In this document: positions 57,018 through 64,000 of the stretch, piece after piece
Layout: every line of letters begins with the position of its first letter
Numbering within the stretch: the stretch's first letter is position 1
NCBI GenBank assembly: GCA_963762355.1
Contig: CAVXKJ010000001.1
Span: 24,860 to 88,859 of the forward strand
Direction: 5' to 3'
Source: an uncultured Candidatus Micrarchaeota archaeon
GTDB lineage: Archaea > Micrarchaeota > Micrarchaeia > Micrarchaeales > Micrarchaeaceae
Length of the DNA stretch: 64,000 nt
Notes under the pieces: generated by a model
The model's database searches: none
What the model was told of the DNA's origin: nothing
What the model saw: the letters and a program-made list of their open reading frames with translations, nothing else
Made by a program: the position numbers and the translations under genes

Positions 57018-57060
57018 TGACTTTTACCCTGTTTTACCTCGTTTTCCCTCGTAAAAGTCA
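57018..57060. repeat. 9-bp inverted repeat enclosing three tandem roughly 10-bp iteron-like units
   Basis: TGACTTTTA (57018-57026) and TAAAAGTCA (57052-57060). The interior is CTTTTACCCT GTTTTACCTC GTTTTCCCTC. Confidence 0.75.
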
Positions 57061-57123
57061 CCATTAGTCGAGAATCGACCATTTTGTCATGATTTTGCTA
57101 AAAGCATGTAGAGTAAAGCATTA

Positions 57124-57190
57124 AGCCCGCCACGCCGCCGAACAGCTAAAGCTGTTCGTCGTCTACCGCCACCTGCGGTGGCTGCGGGCT
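57124..57190. other. GC-rich three-helix element (candidate structured RNA or DNA element)
   Basis: Closing helix AGCCCGC (57124-57130) / GCGGGCT (57184-57190). It encloses two hairpins, CGAACAGC-TAAA-GCTGTTCG (57139-57158) and GCCACC-TGC-GGTGGC (57168-57182). Confidence 0.45.
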
Positions 57191-57405
57191 CTGCTTTCAA
57201 AATTATAACTATAATTTTGGTTGTTTACCAGTTAAAACAACACTCTAAAAGACCACTTTTGCCCCCCCTCAAAAGTGGTCGCTATTCTGATGAATCTTCC
57301 TAAGAGTCAAGGTTCCTTAGTCTGCTAGGTAGCTAGCTTAAAGCTCGTTGGAGCTAGGGGGAGACCCTTGCAGCTTCGCTGTGAAACTTATAAAAGTTTC
57401 AGGTT

Positions 57406-57418
57406 GACCCCAAGGAAA
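57406..57418 (+). promoter_or_regulatory. shared 13-mer upstream of an element ORF (copy A)
   Basis: GACCCCAAGGAAA is followed by the TATA-like sequence TAAATATAAAA, 43 nt before the ATG at 57462. Confidence 0.45.
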
Positions 57419-57461
57419 TAAATATAAAATAAACCACCCTAATATCATTCGGTGAAAATAT

Positions 57462-57890
57462 ATGTTGTATACTACCCCATTTCTCTTGTTTGATGGTAAT
57501 TGTGCTGAAGCGATGACATTTTACCAAAAATGTCTTGGAGGCGAACTAACCCTCACAAAACTTACTGATACCCCTATGAAAGACCAGTATCCAAAAGAGA
57601 AGCATAACAGAATCATTAACGCTCACCTGAAAAGCGGTGCTATAGAAATCACTGCTTCAGACTGGATGGCATCCCCAACTTGGGAGCCAAAACAGGGTAA
57701 CAATCTTGGCATATTTGTTATAGGTGGAACATATGACGAGATAAAAGTAGTCTTTGATAGACTTGCAGAAAGAGCAGATAAGGACAGGGCACTTTCCGTG
57801 GAGCTACAAAATATGCCATTTGGAACCTATGGACAATTCACCGATAAGTATGGCGTTCCGTGGAAATTCAAAGGAGATAAGAAAGAATAG
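57462..57890 (+). CDS. VOC-superfamily protein (PhnB/YjdN-like, glyoxalase fold)
   Basis: 142 aa. PFLLFDGNCAEAMTFYQKCLGGEL ... FGTYGQFTDKYGVPWKF is typical of the PhnB-like family. Confidence 0.8.
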   Translation: MLYTTPFLLFDGNCAEAMTFYQKCLGGELTLTKLTDTPMKDQYPKEKHNRIINAHLKSGAIEITASDWMASPTWEPKQGNNLGIFVIGGTYDEIKVVFDRLAERADKDRALSVELQNMPFGTYGQFTDKYGVPWKFKGDKKE

Positions 57891-58187
57891 ATGAGGAAGA
57901 GCTAGACGATTAAGGAAAAGATGCTCGGCTCGGTCTGCGGGCGAGTCCGAGGAAGATGCCGTATCAGTCCTAAAGTCCTAATCCACAACCAAGCGAAATG
58001 AATTTCGTTCCGCTGACATTAGTAAATCCTACGATTTACTTCCGCACTCCCTCGCACTGCGGCTTCGGTCAGTCGGCTTCGCCCAAGGCTCAGACCGAGA
58101 CCTCAGCGTTGCGTTCTCACACCTATTACCGCACGGGCAGGTGGCTCGTTTCAAAAATTCCTCCACTTAACAGTGAAGAGGAATTTT

Positions 58188-58346
58188 ATGAAAACTCGCA
58201 AAAAATACACCTGCCCGAACTGCGGATGGAGTGATGGATTCAGCCACAGGCCTTTGAGCGTCAGCGAAATAAGGCAGTGCCACAAGTGGCACAGGAAACC
58301 TAAAGGTTTCCTAGAACGTTTGAGCGCGTTTCTGGCGCGCTTATAG
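58188..58346 (+). CDS. candidate 52-aa zinc-ribbon-like protein
   Basis: Hand translation gives MKTRKKYTCPNCGWSDGFSHRPLSVSEIRQCHKWHRKPKGFLERLSAFLARL. It is preceded by GAGGAA. It lies in a hairpin-rich GC-rich stretch, so coding status is uncertain. Confidence 0.3.
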   Translation: MKTRKKYTCPNCGWSDGFSHRPLSVSEIRQCHKWHRKPKGFLERLSAFLARL

Positions 58347-58364
58347 CTTAGGGGTCGACCTGCC

Positions 58365-58377
58365 GACCCCAAGGAAA
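58365..58377 (+). promoter_or_regulatory. shared 13-mer upstream of an element ORF (copy B)
   Basis: GACCCCAAGGAAA forms the 3' arm of the hairpin GGGGTCG-ACCTGC-CGACCCC. It lies 40 nt before the ATG at 58418, with the A/T-rich sequence ACTATAATAA in between. Confidence 0.45.
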
Positions 58378-58417
58378 AGATAGCAACTATAATAAGCTTA
58401 CTTATTGTTATTTTATC

Positions 58418-59296
58418 ATGCGAAAGGATTTTGAAAGCAATTTTGTAATCGGCAAGGTACACATAGTGACACAATATACCCTAAATTCGAAGGGGAAAAT
58501 AGATTTTAAAGAGCAGGCAGAGAACTTAATATCGAAAAGCAGTCCACAAGTCGAAAAAACTAAGAAAGGAGGAGAAAAGGCGACGTGGGTGTTTGGCGAT
58601 GTTGGAACGATGCAAATAGAAGGGGAAACTATATTGTATGGGAAATTAGGCAAAATTAAGGGAGACAGAATAGGAACTTTTTATGATTTGCAGAATAGAA
58701 TTTTCAAGAGAGAACACATGACTATGCCTTTGACACAATCCTATTCGAATTTTTTAATTCATCCTAGGACGCAAACCATAATATTTGAAGAGAAAAGACC
58801 GATGCTCAAGATTAGGAAGTTTATTGAAATGTTTGAAGAGATTGCTTCTGTTTACTTTTCGCAAGGACAACATGCTTTTCTGAAAATAGACCTAATTAAA
58901 GAGGAAGGAAAAATATTTGGACTGTTGAAAGATAAACTCATAGTTAATCTGGGATTTTCTATAAGGCCTTCAAATCCTGATGACAGAGAGATTTTCAAAC
59001 GTTTAGATGAAATGCTTAAAAAGTCAGGTATAGAAAAGGGAAAAATGCAGTTTGAAAATAAATCGGATGGGCTAAAATTGGATGAGGGAGGAATTGCGAG
59101 AGAGGCCATAGCTCTTAGTGATGCTGGATATGGCGACTATACTGCCAAAGTAAAAGATGGGGAGAAAACACAGACAATACGCTCTAAGGATAATGTAGTA
59201 AGGGAGACAGTTCCTTCAGGGCAGAATAGGGAAAATTTAGTAAAAACTTTATTTCATAGATTTAAAAACTATCTAAAAGGAAGTGAGAAAAAATGA
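58418..59296 (+). CDS. uncharacterised soluble protein (292 aa), first gene of a 3-gene module
   Basis: Long ORF with coding-like composition and no motif I can name. Its stop overlaps the next start (ATGA at 59293-59296). Confidence 0.6.
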   Translation: MRKDFESNFVIGKVHIVTQYTLNSKGKIDFKEQAENLISKSSPQVEKTKKGGEKATWVFGDVGTMQIEGETILYGKLGKIKGDRIGTFYDLQNRIFKREHMTMPLTQSYSNFLIHPRTQTIIFEEKRPMLKIRKFIEMFEEIASVYFSQGQHAFLKIDLIKEEGKIFGLLKDKLIVNLGFSIRPSNPDDREIFKRLDEMLKKSGIEKGKMQFENKSDGLKLDEGGIAREAIALSDAGYGDYTAKVKDGEKTQTIRSKDNVVRETVPSGQNRENLVKTLFHRFKNYLKGSEKK

Positions 59297-59808
59297 AATA
59301 CGAAGAAACTACTTTTTGGTTTTTGCTTAATAAATATGGAAAACTTAGAGTAATCAAGTCGGTAGATTTCATATTAGCATTAGTATTAGCTGTGATATTT
59401 ACTGGATTGGCTATATATACAAATTTAGAAGTTCCGCTACTTAAAACTACTTCACCAATTTTTGCTGCGATTGGTTCAGGAATGATCGCAATTGTGATTG
59501 CGGCATTGGCTATTTTAGTTTCTATGTCGGATAATGACTTTGTGTATTTATTAAAGGAAAGTAAGATGTATGATGAAATACTGTTTATTTTTTGGTATGT
59601 TTCTATTCTTGCAGGAATTAGCATATTTATTGATGTAATAAGTACGATTTTCATTACAGTTGCATCGAGCGCCTTGATAAGTATGGGACTGGTATTTATT
59701 ACAACTTTCATAACTTCTTATGCTGTTTTTGCAGTGATATTAGCTATTGGAACAGTTATGAGATACGGTTTATATCGTGGGGAATTCATAAGACAAAAAG
59801 GGAAATAA
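59293..59808 (+). CDS. uncharacterised 4-TM membrane protein
   Basis: 171 aa with four long hydrophobic helices. It is translationally coupled to the upstream gene. Confidence 0.6.
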   Translation: MKYEETTFWFLLNKYGKLRVIKSVDFILALVLAVIFTGLAIYTNLEVPLLKTTSPIFAAIGSGMIAIVIAALAILVSMSDNDFVYLLKESKMYDEILFIFWYVSILAGISIFIDVISTIFITVASSALISMGLVFITTFITSYAVFAVILAIGTVMRYGLYRGEFIRQKGK

Positions 59809-59835
59809 TAAAAGCTCTGTTGTACCAACTAATTC

Positions 59836-60090
59836 ATGGCGGAACTACATAGGAATACTAAGATATGGCTTCTAATTATCGGAATATGTGTCGTAGCCAT
59901 CATATTCTTTAGGTTCTTACTAGGAATAATATTTTTAGGAGCAATAGTGGTAGGGTTTGGATACTTATTCTACAAGGGAATAAGAAGTAAGATAGAGAAC
60001 TTCGGAGAAACCCAAAACAGCAAGTCAGAGGATGCACGAGACGAAAGCGCACAGATGCAGGCGATAAGGGATAGGAGCAGACATGATTAG
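59836..60090 (+). CDS. small 2-TM membrane protein with a charged tail
   Basis: 84 aa with helices IWLLIIGICVVAIIFF and IIFLGAIVVGFGYLF, followed by an acidic/basic tail. Confidence 0.5.
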   Translation: MAELHRNTKIWLLIIGICVVAIIFFRFLLGIIFLGAIVVGFGYLFYKGIRSKIENFGETQNSKSEDARDESAQMQAIRDRSRHD

Positions 60091-60383
60091 GTTTTTGCTG
60101 TCAAAGCTGTACTAAAGCCCATCTTCACGTCGTATTTACGACGACAAAAACGAAAGATATAAATATTTCCTATGACGTAATATAGTAGGAGAGAAGTAAG
60201 AAGGAACAGTTCAGTACAGAAAAGGAAAGACTAATTTTTACAGTTCAATCACAGGCAAAAAGCCACACTTTAAGCGTGGCTAAAGAATAAAAAGAATGAT
60301 GTACCAACATAAGTTATGAACAAGAAGAATACACCCAATTTGATTATGGCTACGCCATACAGAAATACCGAAAGGTAAACCCG

Positions 60384-61661
60384 ATGGCCAATAAAAAGTA
60401 TACCGATGACTTTTTCTATTCAAGGTATTTGGTCGTCGGGTTCGGGAATTTGGAGCTATTTGTGGATAGTAATAGGCCTAGGAATTTTGTCTTTAATCGC
60501 AATAGGAATAACAAAATTCTGGATTATAGGCGTATTCTGGTTAGTATATACAATATACCTGACGATAAGATTAGTTCACGTCCAACCACAGCCGAACGCA
60601 AAGGAGCCGTAAGCAGCCAGCTCCGTAAGGCTGTTAACAAACAAATTTATTTTGCGAAGCAAGACTCCGCTAGAGAAAATAATAGAAAGAAAAGCTCTGG
60701 TGAACGTAAGCCTGTTGACCTGAAAAACTACATAGAAAACAAGGCCAACAGGAACGTGATGATAGTAGGCACGTCAGGGCAAGGAAAATCCTTGCTAACA
60801 AGATACTTGCTAGAGCTTTTCGACAACAGAAAAGTCATTTTCTCGTTCAAGCCCAATGATGAATATCTAAAAATGGGATACAAAATAGTCGAGGCTTCGA
60901 AAGCGTTGCCAAACGCCTTCCGTGACATCGAAGCCTTCGTAAATGCGTTCGCAATTACCTTTCCGATGACGGCTATTGGGATTACAGCCCAATACATACC
61001 AGTCTATCTACGAGAGATCGGAAAGGACTCAAAAGACTGGAAAGACTTTCAGCCAAAGGCTAGACAAAGCGATTTCAAGCTCAAAGAACCAAACACAACA
61101 GAGTGCGCTGCTCTTCGTAAGAGAGCACGCAAAATCGCTTTACAACGATGCTACGCATGAAGTTCCTGAATTAGACGAGAGCGTAGTTTTTGACTTTTCA
61201 AGCCTCAACGAGGACGCAAAAACCTTCTATGCGGAACTTATACTAAGACAGGTCTGGAAGGACATGACAGAAACTGGACATAAGCGCAACAATACGCTTA
61301 TTTGCGTAGACGAGGCCCACAGACTTTAAGAACATTCGAGAAATACGAGTCCATATACGGCGAAATGAGCCGTGAGATAAGAGCCTTCGGACTCTTATGG
61401 ACTTCTACGCAGAACTTTACAGATATACCAGATAAAGTGCGAAACCAGTTCGCAACCCAGTTTCTTTTCAATACAAATCATCAAGATGATTTAGTGGCTC
61501 TTCGAGCCATAGACGAAAAGCTGTCTTGGGCAGCTTCCAGCCTGCCAAAGCACTGTTTCACAGATGCGCGCTACGAGTGGATACACAACGTAGTGCCGGA
61601 ATACACGCTTTTCGTACAAGACGGAGGACAAGGAAAGGAACTATTACGAGGCGCAGACTGA
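60384..61661 (+). pseudogene. plasmid/conjugation-type P-loop ATPase (HerA/VirB4/VirD4-like), interrupted by 2-3 frameshifts
   Basis: Walker A MIVGTSGQGKS, Walker B TLICVDEAHRL and a TSTQNFTDIP..VRNQ C-motif are spread over frames 0, +1 and 0. The overlapping frame at 60406-60612 encodes two clean TM helices, possibly the true N-terminus. Confidence 0.72.
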
Positions 61662-61674
61662 CGCTGAACCTCTT

Positions 61675-62263
61675 ATGTTCGCCTTGCCTCAAAACAGGCC
61701 TACGCCTACGATACACGCAGCCATGCTCGCAATACAATACAACCAAGGCTCAAACATGAGCGTGCTCGCAGACTGGCTGAAGAAGAAGGGCTTTATTACA
61801 AGCAATAACACCATCTACGGCTACGGCACAAGGCAGGGAGTCTTCGATACTGCCGTATCGCTTGGCTTCATAGAGAAGCGCAAGGGAGGCTATAAGCTTA
61901 CTGATAAAGGCAAGAAGTGGGTAGATGCTGATACTATACTAGAAGGTGAGCTAAACGCAGGTAGCGAGCTACATAAGCAGATATCTAGCCAAGACCATAC
62001 AAAAGCTTCACGAAACCAATACCTTGGTCGTGGCTCCGAAGGAGCGTCAAGCTTTCGACCTAGTGGCTTATCCTGTGGATAAGGGCAAGAAGCACCTATG
62101 GGATGATAAGAAGAGGATGGGTTATGAGATACAGACTACGGCTAGGAAGGATGCAGTTATGGCTAACGCCGAAAAGAGAGATAGAGGCGTGCCTATAACT
62201 TGGGTAGCCTGCGATGAGAATGTTCTAAAGAACATAAAGCAGGAAACAGGAGATAAGGACTAA
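61675..62263 (+). pseudogene. wHTH plus restriction-endonuclease-fold-like protein, one frameshift
   Basis: The N-terminal part is KKGFITSNNTIYGYG...GFIEKRKGGYKLTDKG (wHTH-like). The C-terminal part FDLVAYPV...GYEIQTTARK continues in the +1 frame from about 61955-62030. Confidence 0.55.
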
Positions 62264-62558
62264 CTGATAATACTAGAAGGTGAGCTGAACGCAGGAGCGA
62301 ACTGATAAGAGATTAGAAGAATACAAAAGCTTACGAAAATATGGGGGCTAAGGAGGTAAGCTGAAATAGATCTGGGATAAAGGCAAGAAGCACCTGTGGG
62401 ATGATAAAAACAAGATGGGGTATGAGATACAAACTAATGCTAGGAAGGATGCGGTTATGGCTAACGCAAAGAGAGATAAAGGCGTGCCAATAACTTGGGT
62501 AGCCTGTGATGAGAATGTTCTGAAGAACATAAAGCAAGAAACAGGAGATAAGGACTAC
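62264..62558 (+). repeat. degenerate tandem duplicate of 61928-62263
   Basis: Begins with the same CTGATA(C/A)TA...CTAGAAGGTGAGCT(A/G)AACGCAGG and ends with the same AACATAAAGCA(G/A)GAAACAGGAGATAAGGAC. The middle part is decayed or deleted. Confidence 0.8.
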
Positions 62559-62577
62559 TATATGATGGTGAGCTTAA

Positions 62578-63009
62578 ATGAATGAAGAGATAGAGGATAT
62601 TGTAATTCAAATAACTAAGGTCGTAAGTCCTGAGATAAAACATAATGATACGATTAACCAGTTAGAGATGATATTTAGGAAGAATGGATTTTATACAACA
62701 AAAGAATACCCGATATTTAAGATGAAAGATAAACCTGAAAGAACAGGGAGAATAGACTTAGTGGCTAGAAAAGGGAAATTTAGAGTAGTTGTTGAATACG
62801 ACCATCATAGACTGATAAAGTGGAAGAGCTTTCAGAAGATGGTTCAGATAAAGCCTGATGTGGCTATTGGAATAACTGGGAGTGGGCTGATGGAACCTAA
62901 TTTTGAAAGAGCTGTGAAGTATAGGGAAAAAGCTAAATCTTTGCTTTACGTGGTCTCTTTAAGGCAGAGGAGATATAAGCTGGTTGATGCAACCAAGGTG
63001 AGTTTATAG
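62578..63009 (+). CDS. hypothetical protein, possible PD-(D/E)xK nuclease fold
   Basis: 143 aa. The GRIDLVARKGKFRVVVEYD pattern is the basis for the call (weak). Confidence 0.45.
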   Translation: MNEEIEDIVIQITKVVSPEIKHNDTINQLEMIFRKNGFYTTKEYPIFKMKDKPERTGRIDLVARKGKFRVVVEYDHHRLIKWKSFQKMVQIKPDVAIGITGSGLMEPNFERAVKYREKAKSLLYVVSLRQRRYKLVDATKVSL

Positions 63010-63166
63010 TAAAGTATATAAGCTTGTACTTACATAAAAAGATTAGAAAAATTGCGTTTTGGCAACGCTATACAAATAGTCTGCGGTTTCTGGGTGAGGT
63101 TATAAGGCTTTCAGTGCTATACTTTGTTAGTTTTGACTGTGAAAATAATAAGGAAATGGTGGTGTA

Positions 63167-64000
63167 TTGCAAAATTTACTAAATGATTTGAAAGAGCTTC
63201 TTTCAAAGACGAGAGACTAGTTTCCGGAGGAGAATTATTAAAAAATAAAGTTATTGAACTCGCTCTGAAATTAGATGAGGATTTGATAAAATTATTATTA
63301 TCTAAGAGTGAATTTAAGCAGCACTTTTTTGTTGAAGTGGACAAGGTTTTGATTTTTGATAAAGATAAGTTCATAAGGTTTGTTAATAATAAAGAATTTT
63401 TGCCTGATTCTTATACCAGTTTTAAAAATAAGATAGGGTTAGCTGAAGATGAAAATTTCATTAGTCAGAATAAAGAGGTTGTACTTTTATTTCCGTTTAA
63501 GGATTGTATATTGGAAGGCGATCAGAGCAGGGAGGAAGAAAAACATGATGAAATTTTCTGGAATGTAACACTCGCACCTGATGAGATTGATAGGCTTTTA
63601 GAGCCAAAAGTTTTTACGAGTTTTAAGAAAGTGGATGTGTCTGGTGAGCACGATGCCACAGAAATTAAGCAAAATGATAACCTGATAGTCAAAGGAAATA
63701 ATCTGCTTGCTCTTGCTTCGCTCAAGAAAAAGTTTTCTGGTAAGATAAAACTTATTTACATAGACCCGCCATATAATACAGGAAATGATAGTTTTAGGTA
63801 TAATGATAGATTTAACCATTCCACATGGTTAACTTTTATGAAGAATAGATTAGAATTAGCTAAAGATTTACTTAAAGATACAGGTATTATTTTCGTGCAT
63901 CTCGATTATAATGAGTCTCATTACTGCAAGGTTTTGCTAGATGAAATATTTGGTAGAGAGAATTTTATTAACGAAATTGTCTGGAAGAGAAAATCAGGGA
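63167..64000 (+). CDS. mod: Type III (beta-class) N6-adenine DNA methyltransferase Mod, 5' part, one frameshift near 63205; runs off the window
   Basis: Hand translation in the frame of 63187-64000 gives ...NNLLALASLKKKFSGKIKLIYIDPPYNTGNDSFRYNDRFNHSTWLTFMKNRLELAKDLL. The N-terminal LQNLLNDLKELLSK lies in the adjacent frame. The gene is absent from the ORF track because it has no stop within the window. Confidence 0.85.

Noticed and set aside
56760-58417. Integron-like gene cassette array (ORF followed by a structured recombination site, repeated).
   Set aside because: No integron integrase is present in the window. The spacers are 500-700 bp and contain many short perfect hairpins, rather than one 60-150-bp imperfect attC-type palindrome with R/L boxes. 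A shared promoter-proximal 13-mer explains the repetition more simply. An attC covariance scan could still be run.
57998-58474. Track ORFs 57998-58234 (+, 78 aa) and 58151-58474 (-, 107 aa).
   Set aside because: Both run through the GC-rich hairpin-dense spacer. Their translations are low-complexity or unprotein-like, and the minus ORF overlaps the start of the 58418 gene. They are more likely non-coding.
60406-60612. Treating the 68-aa 2-TM ORF as an independent gene.
   Set aside because: Not fully rejected. It is reported under the ATPase finding instead, because it overlaps the listed ATPase ORF. The frameshifts elsewhere in this gene make an N-terminal fusion at least as likely as a separate gene.
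1-64000. CRISPR arrays, rRNA genes, RNase P RNA or SRP RNA.
   Set aside because: I saw no regularly spaced direct repeats of 24-40 nt anywhere in the window. No stretch matches the conserved rRNA, RNase P (GAGGAAAGUCC-type) or SRP motifs that I can recall. The GC-rich structured stretches at 57.1 and 58.0 kb do not contain them.

Overview
Archaeal chromosomal window, dense on both strands. The archaeal assignment rests on PolD DP1/DP2, PriS, FEN-1, Pelota, RNase P Rpp29, aMBF1, Csl4, RpoL and the ribosomal proteins L32e, L19e and S4e. The compact gene spacing, many orphan ORFs and a bacterial-type lytic transglycosylase suggest a small-genome (DPANN-like) lineage, but that is inference only.

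Core content:
- glyA, pelota and mscL.
- A metal ABC importer with a divergent NikR-like regulator.
- ilvE, pth2 and priS.
- A long r-protein cluster (S17-L14-L24-S4e-L5-S14-S8-L6-L32e-L19e-L18-S5), followed by csl4-rpoL-DUF99.
- rnhB, an intron-containing tRNA-Arg(UCG), L1-L10-L12 and ftsZ.
- An Lhr-type helicase, an M50 protease, MBF1, FEN-1, Hsp20 and PolX.
- The polD operon, a VIT1 transporter, Amt and an ICMT-family methyltransferase.

Accessory content:
- One complete 1212-bp IS with inverted repeats and target-site duplication.
- RelE-like and VapBC toxin modules.
- About ten A/T-rich orphan ORFs wedged between core genes, three of them inside the r-protein cluster.
- From about 54.6 kb to the window end, a mosaic integrated element built on tRNA 3'-end remnants. 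It carries an archaeal AAA ATPase cassette, an iteron- and hairpin-rich origin-like region, a VOC protein, an uncharacterised soluble-plus-membrane gene module, a VirD4/HerA-like ATPase, a diverged tandem duplication and a Type III methyltransferase.

Most striking observation: single-nucleotide frameshifts are strongly clustered. There are at least 8 in the 5-kb polD operon, 1 in rps5 and at least 4 in the mobile element, while ORFs of 1.3-2.7 kb elsewhere are intact. I cannot tell genuine gene decay from local sequencing or assembly error using the sequence alone.

No rRNA genes and no CRISPR array were seen.
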